A stretch of 64,000 bases of DNA from Candidatus Woesebacteria bacterium (GCA_035389185.1 DAOORK010000001.1:331825-395824); one strand, 5' to 3'. Positions 20,164 to 29,336 are shown, counted from the stretch's first letter. A program made the numbers and translations. The notes: generated from the letters alone by a model not told the origin.

Positions 20164-21644
20164 TTGGAGTGAGCTAGTTGGTAGATTTTTAGATAATCGA
20201 TACTCCACTCGGAAACAATGTGTGATGGACCAAAGACCGCAATTTGCCATCCGGGGTTACCTTCAGGTTGGCATTTATCCCCATCTTCGCAGATTACAAA
20301 AAGCCAGTCGGTAATTCTCTCTTCCCCCCTAATGAGGTTGGCTTTTTTGTTTTCTAAGAAGTAACGATACGACTCGTCATAGTTTTGTTTGGCAATAAGA
20401 CCAAAATTGAAGGGCTCCCCTTTTGATTCTTTGATAATCAAGTCCGCAGCGGCTTCTGTACGTTGAAGCTGTCGATTGGGTTGGCCAAAGGTAGGACTAT
20501 ATCTTAAATTGACAAATAATAGGGCCAAAACAGTAAGAAGGGCTACGACTTTTAAGACAAAGCCTTTTCTGGAAAGGAAATAGCCGATTAGGGCACCGAG
20601 CAAAAGATACACTGCCGGGTAGATAAAGCCAAGGTAGTGAACATAAACATGCTGTTTGTAGATACTTAACCCAAAAATTCCGAAAGCAAGCCAGATATAA
20701 AGAAGCTTTAACTGGGGGCGCCATTTTGACTTGAAAAATATAAAAACGGACAATAAAAGAATTGCCACTGAGATAAGGGGAACACTAATATTCTGACGAG
20801 CCAGAACGAGATCGGTAACGGTGGTAATAATGACCGGAACAAAACGATCTGACTTGGTGGGATTGAGATTAACAGTGGTTTGACGATCGGTGAAGAATTT
20901 TTCGAAAGCGTGGAAATTCATACCTTGATGTTTGATATCAAAAAGAACAAGCGGTGACATAAGTACTAAAAACAAAGCAATGGCTAATAGGGTATTCTTG
21001 ACGAAATGTGAACGAAGAGTTTTGTCTTTTCTTATCCGGAGGAGAGAAATGAGCCAGAAAAAACCTAAAGTGGGAGCTAAAAGCAGACCGAGATAATGCA
21101 TTTGCAAAGCAAAGGCAAAAGAAACACCAACAATAGGCAACCAAAAATATTTTTTATTTTGCCAGACCTGATAGACTCCCCAAATACAAAGAAGGGCAAA
21201 AAGAGGCATAGGGTTGGGATTCCAAGAAGAGCGTGAATAAATTATGGCAACCGGAGAAACGGAGAATAAAGCCGCCGCAACCAAACCGGCACTTTTGTTG
21301 AACCAAGATCTACCAACAAACCAGGTAAGGCCGACGGTAAGAACTCCCAGTAGGGCAACCATAATAGCCGGACCGACTGGATTAAGATTAGACAAAAATA
21401 ACGCCGGGGCCATCATGTAGTAATAAAGCGGACCCAAGTACATGTTGCCAATACTAGTTTGAGGTCCGATGAAAACTAAGTTGCCTCTGGTAATAAGGTC
21501 ACGAACAATACGAACGTCGCGCCCTTCATCTCCCAAGAAAGTCATGAACTCACCAATGCGATATAGGCGCAAAAATAAGGCTAGACCAAGAATACCAATT
21601 AATATAAAGAACTCTAGACGATTTTTTTTGATCCAGTTGATCAT
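20160..21644 (-). CDS. GT-C fold membrane glycosyltransferase (GT39/GT83-like)
   Basis: 494 aa with the N-terminal loop FMTFLGDEGRDVRIVRDL (DE motif) and more than 10 TM helices. Confidence 0.65.
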   Translation of the reverse strand: MINWIKKNRLEFFILIGILGLALFLRLYRIGEFMTFLGDEGRDVRIVRDLITRGNLVFIGPQTSIGNMYLGPLYYYMMAPALFLSNLNPVGPAIMVALLGVLTVGLTWFVGRSWFNKSAGLVAAALFSVSPVAIIYSRSSWNPNPMPLFALLCIWGVYQVWQNKKYFWLPIVGVSFAFALQMHYLGLLLAPTLGFFWLISLLRIRKDKTLRSHFVKNTLLAIALFLVLMSPLVLFDIKHQGMNFHAFEKFFTDRQTTVNLNPTKSDRFVPVIITTVTDLVLARQNISVPLISVAILLLSVFIFFKSKWRPQLKLLYIWLAFGIFGLSIYKQHVYVHYLGFIYPAVYLLLGALIGYFLSRKGFVLKVVALLTVLALLFVNLRYSPTFGQPNRQLQRTEAAADLIIKESKGEPFNFGLIAKQNYDESYRYFLENKKANLIRGEERITDWLFVICEDGDKCQPEGNPGWQIAVFGPSHIVSEWSIDYLKIYQLAHSK

Positions 21645-22357
21645 TTGATTTTTAACCTGAGTCGGCCAAGGTCAATGAAACTTTGGATAATAACGTTTAG
21701 TTTGGCCCCAGTGGCCTCACCAAATTTACGAGGATAGTGATGAACTCCAATTTCAACAATCTTAAAACCTGCTTTTTTGGCTTTTATCAGAAACTCGGAA
21801 CTGATGAAAGCACCTCGCTCACTTTCCAAGTGAGGGATGGTGTCGACAACTTTTTTGGAAATTAGTTTGAAACCGCAGTCGATGTCCCGAACATTAAGAC
21901 CAAAAAGCAACCAGACAAAAAACTGCCAAATCTTTGAGTTCATTTTGCGAGTGAGATGTACTTTGCGGTCAAGGTAAAAACCAATAACCATGTCCGCACC
22001 GGTCTTTTTCTGGGTGTTTAGAAAATCAGTAATGTCTTTAAAGTTGAACTGACCGTCGGAGTCAATAAAAGAAATCCAGGGATATTTACAACCATAAAGA
22101 CCGCTTTTGAATGCGCCCCCATATCCCCGATTGGGATGGTGATGAATTACAGAGATACGTTTGTCTGCCTTGGCTAGTTTGTTGGCAATTTTGCCAGTGT
22201 TATCTTTGGAACCATCGTCGACAATAACGACTTCCCAAGTAGAGATATTTTTTTGGAGATTTTCAACTACGTTTTTGACCGTCCGCTCGAGATTGGCCTC
22301 CTCGTTGTATGCCGGCAAAAATACGGAGAGTTTATCTATTTGTCTCGCCATAATCAC
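21641..22357 (-). CDS. Polyprenol-phosphate glycosyltransferase (GT2; Dpm1/GtrB-like)
   Basis: 238 aa with LSVFLPAYNEEANL...VVIVDDGSKDNT...SFIDSDGQF motifs. Confidence 0.75.
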   Translation of the reverse strand: MIMARQIDKLSVFLPAYNEEANLERTVKNVVENLQKNISTWEVVIVDDGSKDNTGKIANKLAKADKRISVIHHHPNRGYGGAFKSGLYGCKYPWISFIDSDGQFNFKDITDFLNTQKKTGADMVIGFYLDRKVHLTRKMNSKIWQFFVWLLFGLNVRDIDCGFKLISKKVVDTIPHLESERGAFISSEFLIKAKKAGFKIVEIGVHHYPRKFGEATGAKLNVIIQSFIDLGRLRLKIK

Positions 22358-22377
22358 AAGTATATACTAAGAAGAAG

Positions 22378-23493
22378 ATGAAACGAGTTTATTTAGGCAT
22401 TGCCGTATTACTATTTTCCTTACTGGTTTGGTTACCTTTTGTTCTTAAGGTCAAATTGCCAGCCTGGGGTTTGGATTTTTCCGAAGGCACGAAAATTTTG
22501 TGGCAAAACTATGACGGACCAAATTATCTAATTGTGGCAAAAACTTGGTACAACAAAGCAGATATTCTTAACAAATTTTCAAATCCTCTGCCAGCGGAGT
22601 ATTATCCAGCTCACTTTCCTTTGTATCCGGCGATTATCTCGGTTTTTGATCAGTTCTTAAAAGGCCCAACGGCAATGTTGCTAAGCAGTCTTTTAGGTAC
22701 AGTCCTTTTGTATATCGTATTTTTCCGATATCTAACCCATTTTAAATTGAGTAAAAATCCACTTTGGGCATGTTTGGTCTTTTTGATATTACCTGCCAGA
22801 TGGATTGCTGTTCGTAGTGTTGGTTCTCCTGAACCATGGTTTTTACTTTTTGTAGTCACCAGTATCTTTTTTTTCCGTAAGGAAAAATACTGGATGGCAG
22901 GACTGTTTGGGTTGCTTGCTCAACTGACAAAAAGTCCGGCAATTATTTTATTGGGTGCGTACGGCATTTATGCCTTGGTGGAGTCGATCAAAAGCAAAAA
23001 AATTCAGTTTAAATACTGGCCATTGTTGATCCAAGCATTAGCCATTCCAGCCTTGTTCTGGTTTTATGGGATGCAGACCGGGGATTTTTGGGCATATTTC
23101 CACAGTGGTGACAATATTCATCTTTTTTGGCCTCCCTTTTCCGTGTTTACACCTTTGGGACAGCATTGGGTAAATAGTTTTTGGCTTGAAGATGTGATTT
23201 GGACTTGGTTAATTTTTGGCTTAGGAATATTAAAGCTTTGGGGGAAAAAGGCCAAAGTGGAGACATATTTTGCCGGATTATTTTTTCTATCCACTCTCTT
23301 TGTAGCTCATAGAGACATCAGTCGTTATATTCTTCCCATTGCCCCTTTTGTTTTGATTGGTTGGGACAACCTTATCCAAAAGAAAGAGTTCAAAATTATG
23401 TTGGGAATTCTTCTTATTCCAGTTATCTTGTATAGCTGGAACTTCATATTAAACAATATGGCTCCGGTAGCTGACTGGACACCGTACCTCTAA
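22378..23493 (+). CDS. Polytopic membrane protein (putative GtrC/GT-C-like glycan transferase)
   Basis: 371 aa with about 10 TM helices and no soluble domain. It is convergent with, and adjacent to, the GtrA-GtrB fusion gene. Confidence 0.35.
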   Translation: MKRVYLGIAVLLFSLLVWLPFVLKVKLPAWGLDFSEGTKILWQNYDGPNYLIVAKTWYNKADILNKFSNPLPAEYYPAHFPLYPAIISVFDQFLKGPTAMLLSSLLGTVLLYIVFFRYLTHFKLSKNPLWACLVFLILPARWIAVRSVGSPEPWFLLFVVTSIFFFRKEKYWMAGLFGLLAQLTKSPAIILLGAYGIYALVESIKSKKIQFKYWPLLIQALAIPALFWFYGMQTGDFWAYFHSGDNIHLFWPPFSVFTPLGQHWVNSFWLEDVIWTWLIFGLGILKLWGKKAKVETYFAGLFFLSTLFVAHRDISRYILPIAPFVLIGWDNLIQKKEFKIMLGILLIPVILYSWNFILNNMAPVADWTPYL

Positions 23494-23494
23494 T

Positions 23495-24649
23495 TTATTT
23501 TTTCTTTTTCCAGATGATGAGGTTGTACATCAACCAGTTGTAAGGCAGAACCAAGAAAACGATGATAAAGGGGAGCAACAGTTGACGATTGAGATGGGTG
23601 AGAGAGACAAGACCGGCGCCGGAAATTGTTTGGATAAGTAAGGCTCCGACAGAAGTAAGGTTGAACTGAAGAAATTTATTGATAGTAGCAATGACTCCGT
23701 GAATCTTGTCTGATTTGAAAGTCCAGAGATTGTTCCAGGTAAAGTTACTGATGATGGCCAGCTCGGTGCTTAAGAGCCAACTGAGCCATTCATTGTGTGT
23801 AAGATTGCTAAAAACGGCTAAGCCGATGGCATTAACAAGGTAACCGATAAAACCAACAGTACCAAACTTAACGAACTTTTGGGTACCTGGATCGTTCCAA
23901 CGAAGAAGGAAAACTGAACGAAAAATATCTTTGGCTGTTTTGGATTCGATTTTGGACTCACCTTTGGTACGAAGACCAAACTGTAGAGGAATTTCTTTGA
24001 CTTTGGCTCCAAGAGTAACCATTTTATAGAGGAACTCAAGTTTGTAACCAAAACTTCGGGAATAAAGATGGTCCATGTCCATGGTGTCCACAAAGCCCTT
24101 AACACGAGAGGCCTTGAGACCGGTTGTGGGATCTGTAATTTTGAAGAACATTTTTGTCGGAAAGAAAAGAACAAAACGGGCGACTAAACCACCAACTTCA
24201 CTAAAAAAGATGCGTTTGAAACCCCAACCCTTGGGGTTTGATCCCCCATCGATTTTTCGAGAACCCAAAACATAGTCATACCCTTTGGAGATTTCTTTTA
24301 ACAATACCGGTATGTCTTTGGGGGGATGTTGAAAGTCGGCATCAAATTCAATGATGACATCTGCCCCGAGAACTTTCATGGCGTGACGGAAACCTTTTAC
24401 ATAAGCACCACCGATACCGGCTTTGGTAGGATTAAGATAAAGATTGAGGTTTGGATACTCTTTTTGTTTTTTCTGAACAATTTTGTAGGTACCGTCGGGG
24501 GAGGTGTCATCAACAACAAGAAGTTTGCACTGCCAGTCGATTATCTTGGGAAATATTTTTCCACATAGAGTGTCGATCATCTTGCCAATGGTACCGGCTT
24601 CGTTGTAGGTCGGGATGACAACAACGGCAACAGGGAGTTTCTTCATCAT
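23495..24649 (-). CDS. Polyprenol-phosphate glycosyltransferase fused to a C-terminal GtrA-like membrane domain
   Basis: 384 aa. The N-terminal GT2 domain (VVVIPTYNEAGTI...LVVDDTSPDGT) is followed by four TM helices (KFVKFGTVGFIGYLVNAIGLAVF...), typical of the GtrA family. Confidence 0.7.
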   Translation of the reverse strand: MMKKLPVAVVVIPTYNEAGTIGKMIDTLCGKIFPKIIDWQCKLLVVDDTSPDGTYKIVQKKQKEYPNLNLYLNPTKAGIGGAYVKGFRHAMKVLGADVIIEFDADFQHPPKDIPVLLKEISKGYDYVLGSRKIDGGSNPKGWGFKRIFFSEVGGLVARFVLFFPTKMFFKITDPTTGLKASRVKGFVDTMDMDHLYSRSFGYKLEFLYKMVTLGAKVKEIPLQFGLRTKGESKIESKTAKDIFRSVFLLRWNDPGTQKFVKFGTVGFIGYLVNAIGLAVFSNLTHNEWLSWLLSTELAIISNFTWNNLWTFKSDKIHGVIATINKFLQFNLTSVGALLIQTISGAGLVSLTHLNRQLLLPFIIVFLVLPYNWLMYNLIIWKKKK

Positions 24650-24897
24650 ACTTTAGATTTTTTGTTATCTTGGCAATGACAGTTATCACACTCTCCGCAA
24701 CATTCATCGGCTTCGGTGGTGATTTCTTCTCGATTTTGCTTTTCATCGTACCAATAAAGTTTCTTTTCGTCTTCGTCAAGAGTTTTAATATGGGAACCAT
24801 CACAAAAGGGTTGTTTTTTGCTTAGTCCGCACATACAGATAAATTGATCCCCTACTTGCTGTGGACCGTGGGCGGTTTTTTGAACGAGTCTTGGCAT
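24646..24897 (-). CDS. CDGSH iron-sulfur domain protein
   Basis: 83 aa with CMCGLSKKQPFCDGSH (CDGSH signature) and a second Cys-rich stretch CCGECDNCHC. Confidence 0.7.
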   Translation of the reverse strand: MPRLVQKTAHGPQQVGDQFICMCGLSKKQPFCDGSHIKTLDEDEKKLYWYDEKQNREEITTEADECCGECDNCHCQDNKKSKV

Positions 24898-25106
24898 GAA
24901 GATATTATATATCTATCTTTGACAGACTATTTTTCTCACTAGACCTGCCGTCTACACGCCTTTTCAGGGCAGACGAAATATTTTCGCCAGCGCGAAAATT
25001 TTCTGATACGCAGGGCGTTTTTTCTTGGAGTACCAAGAATCCTGGCAAAACGCACTTTACGTAATCCTGCCGAAAAGGGAATAGACTACGGTCTATATCG
25101 TTCGAA

Positions 25107-25115
25107 AAATGAATA
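25107..25115 (+). promoter_or_regulatory. Extended -10 element (TGTATAAT) upstream of trmD
   Basis: tgtataat lies about 10 nt upstream of the trmD start region. Assignment is by position only. Confidence 0.35.
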
Positions 25116-25125
25116 GATTGTATAA

Positions 25126-25767
25126 TTGGGCTTGATGAAAATAGATATTTTGACTATATTTCCGGAAATGTTTGAGGGGGTTTTGGGGACTTCGATAATT
25201 GGTAGAGCTACGGGAACAGGTGTCGTGGAGATAAAGATTCATAACCTGCGAGACTGGAGCGATGATAATTATAAGAGTGTTGACGATAGACCTTTTGGCG
25301 GGGGTGCTGGCATGGTGATGAGAGTTGATGTAGTAGATAAAGCACTTAAAGACCTAAAAACTCCAGAGACAAAAGTGATACTTTTGGACACTAAGGGAGA
25401 AATGTATAACCAAAAAGCTGCCGAGACTCTTAAAAACGAGAAGCACCTGATTCTTATTTCTCCTCATTTTGAAGGAATTGACCACCGAGTCCATGAACAT
25501 CTAGCGGACAAAGTTTACTCGATTGGACCTTATGTTTTATCGGGAGGAGAGTTACCATCGATGGTCTTGGTTGACTCGATAGTGCGACTTTTACCGGGTG
25601 CTTTGGGAAACCCTCAATCACTTGCCGAGGAGTCGTATTCCGAAGAGTTTGAAACAGAGTACCCACAGTACACAAGGCCGGCTGAGTACAAAGATTGGAA
25701 AGTTCCGGAGATTCTACTTTCGGGTGATCACAAAAAAATCGCTGATTGGAGAAAAGGAAAGAAGTAA
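25126..25767 (+). CDS. trmD: tRNA (guanine37-N1)-methyltransferase
   Basis: 213 aa. MKIDILTIFPEMFEGVLGTSIIGRA... is the characteristic TrmD N-terminus and SPOUT fold. Confidence 0.85.
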   Translation: MGLMKIDILTIFPEMFEGVLGTSIIGRATGTGVVEIKIHNLRDWSDDNYKSVDDRPFGGGAGMVMRVDVVDKALKDLKTPETKVILLDTKGEMYNQKAAETLKNEKHLILISPHFEGIDHRVHEHLADKVYSIGPYVLSGGELPSMVLVDSIVRLLPGALGNPQSLAEESYSEEFETEYPQYTRPAEYKDWKVPEILLSGDHKKIADWRKGKK

Positions 25768-26571
25768 TTACCTGGGATAGCCGACCGGCATAAGATAAAT
25801 GATGGTATCGGTGTCAGCAACAGTAACTAATTCTTTTAACTTTAATTCATCAAAGTTTGTGTTGACGACCGTCCCCAGTTTAAGACTTTCTGCTTGTAGG
25901 GCGAGGTTTTCGGCGGCAAAACCAGCTTCAAGATACACTTCTTTGTCGTGAGGAATTCCCCCATAGGCGTCGGCCATTTTATTTAGGTTTCCGGTGACTA
26001 CGAAAATCGCCGGAACATCTTTAAATGAACTTTGATTAAGTAAATCATAGATTGATTCTCCCAGTTCAACTTTTTTGATTGGCTTTAGCTGATTAAGAGG
26101 TGTCCTATCTCCAGGAAGATATTGATACTCACCGGCATCTAAACCATCTACCTTGTTGGCGATAAGATAAACAGTGAGAGGATAAGTAGATTTCATCGAA
26201 GGTGAAGTGCGGTCACCCCAGTCGGTGTTGATACCCTGAGCCGCCCAAAGTAGTTGAGCAATTTGCTTGAGAGAAAGTGAGCTATCATTGAAATCAAGCT
26301 TTATACGCCTGTTTTTTAGGACTGCCTCGATGGAGTTGCTACTTTTGACATCGGTTTGAGGTAAGACAATGTTATCCGTAGACTGGATAACTTCTATCGA
26401 TGTTCCGGAAGGAGTATTTTGATCTTTCTGTTTGTGACTGGCGACAATCAGAGAAACGATAGCCAGGACGAGAACAATGACAGCGGTTAAGATGGGAGTA
26501 AGCCACTTTTTGACAAACTCCCTAATCTCAACTAATTTTGGTATCTTAAGTTCAAGAGCAGCTTTCTTCAC
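25768..26571 (-). CDS. Membrane-anchored nitroreductase-family (SagB-type dehydrogenase-like) protein
   Basis: 267 aa with an N-terminal TM helix. VLKNRRIKLDF...LSLKQIAQLLWAAQGI resembles the nitroreductase N-terminal signature. Confidence 0.5.
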   Translation of the reverse strand: MKKAALELKIPKLVEIREFVKKWLTPILTAVIVLVLAIVSLIVASHKQKDQNTPSGTSIEVIQSTDNIVLPQTDVKSSNSIEAVLKNRRIKLDFNDSSLSLKQIAQLLWAAQGINTDWGDRTSPSMKSTYPLTVYLIANKVDGLDAGEYQYLPGDRTPLNQLKPIKKVELGESIYDLLNQSSFKDVPAIFVVTGNLNKMADAYGGIPHDKEVYLEAGFAAENLALQAESLKLGTVVNTNFDELKLKELVTVADTDTIIYLMPVGYPR

Positions 26572-26580
26572 AAATACAGT

Positions 26581-27300
26581 TTAGAGATAACTGTTGACTT
26601 TAGCTTCATTTCTAACTTGGGTATACCATTCTTGAGATCTGGTATAGATTTCCTGTTGGTATAGACTGTCTTTTATTTCGGCCGATACTTGATCTAGAGT
26701 TTTACCGGTAAAAGAAGTTTTGTTTTCTTCAAAATAGGTTTTTACCTGTTCATCGGTTATCTCAATCTTGTTCTGAGACTCAATTAATTTTTTTAGACCA
26801 AGACTCTGTTTTATTGATTCTTCTGCTTGTTCTTCGGTCATAGCGTATTGCTCGATCGCAGCAAGGAACTGCTCCTCACCACCATATTGCTCTTTAATAC
26901 TAGCAAGCTCATCGGCGACTTCTTTGTCGGTAATGACTATCTTGTATTTTTTAAGATTTTCCTCCAAGATGCGCTCGGAAATTATTTCTTCGAGAGTGGT
27001 TTGACCATATTTATCAGACATCTTCTGGTTTAATTCCCAACGATAGATGGGTGATTTGTTTACTGTTCCGACCAGAATTAGATTACGATTTTTTTGTAGA
27101 AGCAAAAAGACGACGATACCGATAGAAACGATCAATAGAATCTTAACCAGGAGAATGGGGTTGAACTTTAGGTTGGCAATCAGGGATGGGGTTTTTCTCA
27201 TAGGTTTAATTACTTTTACGGCCTTCTTTCCTTTTGTGTTTGTTTTTGGCATATCGGTTGATATTTTTTTAATAGTTTTTTTAATTATTGCTTTAGCCAT
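26581..27300 (-). CDS. SurA N-terminal domain protein (PpiD/PrsA-like chaperone lacking a PPIase domain)
   Basis: 239 aa with a basic N-terminus, a TM anchor, then a helical chaperone domain. Confidence 0.5.
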   Translation of the reverse strand: MAKAIIKKTIKKISTDMPKTNTKGKKAVKVIKPMRKTPSLIANLKFNPILLVKILLIVSIGIVVFLLLQKNRNLILVGTVNKSPIYRWELNQKMSDKYGQTTLEEIISERILEENLKKYKIVITDKEVADELASIKEQYGGEEQFLAAIEQYAMTEEQAEESIKQSLGLKKLIESQNKIEITDEQVKTYFEENKTSFTGKTLDQVSAEIKDSLYQQEIYTRSQEWYTQVRNEAKVNSYL

Positions 27301-27308
27301 GACTTTTA

Positions 27309-27674
27309 TTATATAGCAGGTTCTTCTAGATCGATGTTGTTGTCAAATACAGGTATAAATGGATCCGGAAGATCGGTGCTGAGATCTTGTATTTCAGTTT
27401 TTAAGCCGGAAAAATCGGATTTGATTGTTGTTCCTTGCGTGGGAGTAATGGATTCAATATCCGAAGGAGAATAGACGGGGATTTGGGAAGATTGAAATAT
27501 TTTTTTACCAAGTAGAATGGCAATAATTAGAACCGTAATAATGGCAAGAGTAAAGAAATACCAACGGTTTCTTTTGAACCAAGCAATTAATGGATGAAAC
27601 AGTTCACCGGATTTAAATCTGTTTATAAACTCTATCGCTTGGGGATTGGTGATTTCTAATTTAGGAATGAGCAT
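27309..27674 (-). CDS. Hypothetical membrane-anchored protein
   Basis: 121 aa with one TM helix and an acidic C-terminus. It overlaps its neighbours in operon-like fashion. Confidence 0.35.
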   Translation of the reverse strand: MLIPKLEITNPQAIEFINRFKSGELFHPLIAWFKRNRWYFFTLAIITVLIIAILLGKKIFQSSQIPVYSPSDIESITPTQGTTIKSDFSGLKTEIQDLSTDLPDPFIPVFDNNIDLEEPAI

Positions 27675-28437
27675 AATTTAAATCAATATCTATCAGTGAG
27701 TCCATCCACTTTAACTGTTGGGACTTAATTTTTTGGGCTGCTTCGGATTTTTCTGAAAAATAGTTCTCGCTTTCAATGTTGGCTAAATCCTCTTCAGAAA
27801 GAAGGGTGTTGGCCAGTTCGTCTATTGAAGCGTTGATACTTTTCCCAAGTTTTTGCAGATCCTCAATTTTTGTCTTTAAAGGAGTTGATATTGGTGTGGC
27901 AAGTTTTGGCAAAATAATATTAAGGGCGTTATCCATTTCTTGCTGGAAATGAACCAGTAAGGATAGTTTGTAAGCCACGACTCCAGCACGGGAACTGTGA
28001 TCGTGTTCGATAACGTTGGTGTTGTATTCTTGGGTAAAGTTTTTAAGATCGGCTGGGGTAGCAATTGATTGTGACTTTAGAGCTTCATTACTAAAAAAAT
28101 TCTTGGCCTTGGTGAGGGAGAAAATAATAGGGTCGATGTTTTTGTAATTTGCTTTAGTATTTTTTATCAGAGAAAGCAGGTACTCCGCGTAGTTTGATTT
28201 TGCCAGATCTCTGGCGGAAAGAGTTTCTTTGGCTGCCAAAATTGCTTTTTGCTGATTATCTAGTGTGGGGTTACTTATGTAATCGCTTTTAAGTAATTTG
28301 TATTCGATATATTTTCCTCGATAGAGACTATATTGATATTCGTAATCTGATTTGGCATCTGCCAAAACAGTCGTTGTCCCAAAACAAAAAAAGATAGATG
28401 GTAGTATAAGCAAAAGCAGCTTTGAAAAAAGCTTCAT
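27661..28437 (-). CDS. Hypothetical secreted protein
   Basis: 258 aa with a signal peptide (MKLFSKLLLLILPSIFFCFGTTTVLA) and helical composition. Confidence 0.4.
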   Translation of the reverse strand: MKLFSKLLLLILPSIFFCFGTTTVLADAKSDYEYQYSLYRGKYIEYKLLKSDYISNPTLDNQQKAILAAKETLSARDLAKSNYAEYLLSLIKNTKANYKNIDPIIFSLTKAKNFFSNEALKSQSIATPADLKNFTQEYNTNVIEHDHSSRAGVVAYKLSLLVHFQQEMDNALNIILPKLATPISTPLKTKIEDLQKLGKSINASIDELANTLLSEEDLANIESENYFSEKSEAAQKIKSQQLKWMDSLIDIDLNYAHS

Positions 28438-29333
28438 TACTTTAAGGATAACCCCTGACCGATAAGTATTTCAACCACAGTCTGCCAAGCAGAAAAATGA
28501 AGACCCAATTTTTTCTCGGTAGCAACTGTTTTTAGACCGCCAAAAACCGGGTAACGGCTTTTGTTGGTTTGGGTTGCTAGAAAGGTATGGATCGAAGAAG
28601 ATTTGATGACTGAAGGATCACCCCCAAGCTGATCGACCACGTAGGTAATTAATTCAAAGGGAGTTGTGGTATCGGAGCAACAGTGGAAGATACCAGTTTT
28701 TTCTGTATCGATAATTTTTTCCAGTGTCTGGGCAACTTCATCGATGAAGGCAATACAGATTTGCTGGTCATTGAACAGAGGATACATAGTTCCATCGACA
28801 TATTTTTTGACTGCGCCACGAATATAGTCTAGCTTGGCGTCAAACTGGGCACGGACGGGATAAATGATGCGAAGAATTGTACCTCCGTGGTTGAGGACCA
28901 CTTTTTCGGCACGATTTTTGGTCCAACCATACCAAGTGAGATTTTCGGGCGAGTCGGGAGTTTTATCGGTTTCAGAATAAGGACCGGGGTGTTCAACACT
29001 GCCAGGGAAAACCATGTCGGTACTGATGTGAATAATTTTTTTGGAAGGAAAAGCATTGACGAGATTTTCGGTACCTTCAACATTAATTTTCCAAGCGGGG
29101 CCAGTGTTATCCCCTGTTTGAGTTTCTGCGGCATTGACGTCGGTAAAAGCGGCAAAGTTTACAATCCATTCGGGATTAAACTTGTCAATGGCATTTTTAA
29201 CTGAGCTCGGGTCGGTAAGGTCAAATTCCGGATATTCGGGAGTGAAAAAATCGTATTTATTCTGGGCAAGTTCGATAAAGCGAGAACCAACAAGTCCTGA
29301 GGCTCCGGTGACTAAAACTTTTATTTTGTTCAT
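28437..29333 (-). CDS. rfbD: dTDP-4-dehydrorhamnose reductase
   Basis: 298 aa with KVLVTGASGLVGSRF, an NAD(P)-binding Rossmann fold and an HISTDMVF motif. It sits in an rfbABCD cluster. Confidence 0.75.
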   Translation of the reverse strand: MNKIKVLVTGASGLVGSRFIELAQNKYDFFTPEYPEFDLTDPSSVKNAIDKFNPEWIVNFAAFTDVNAAETQTGDNTGPAWKINVEGTENLVNAFPSKKIIHISTDMVFPGSVEHPGPYSETDKTPDSPENLTWYGWTKNRAEKVVLNHGGTILRIIYPVRAQFDAKLDYIRGAVKKYVDGTMYPLFNDQQICIAFIDEVAQTLEKIIDTEKTGIFHCCSDTTTPFELITYVVDQLGGDPSVIKSSSIHTFLATQTNKSRYPVFGGLKTVATEKKLGLHFSAWQTVVEILIGQGLSLK

Positions 29334-29336
29334 AGA

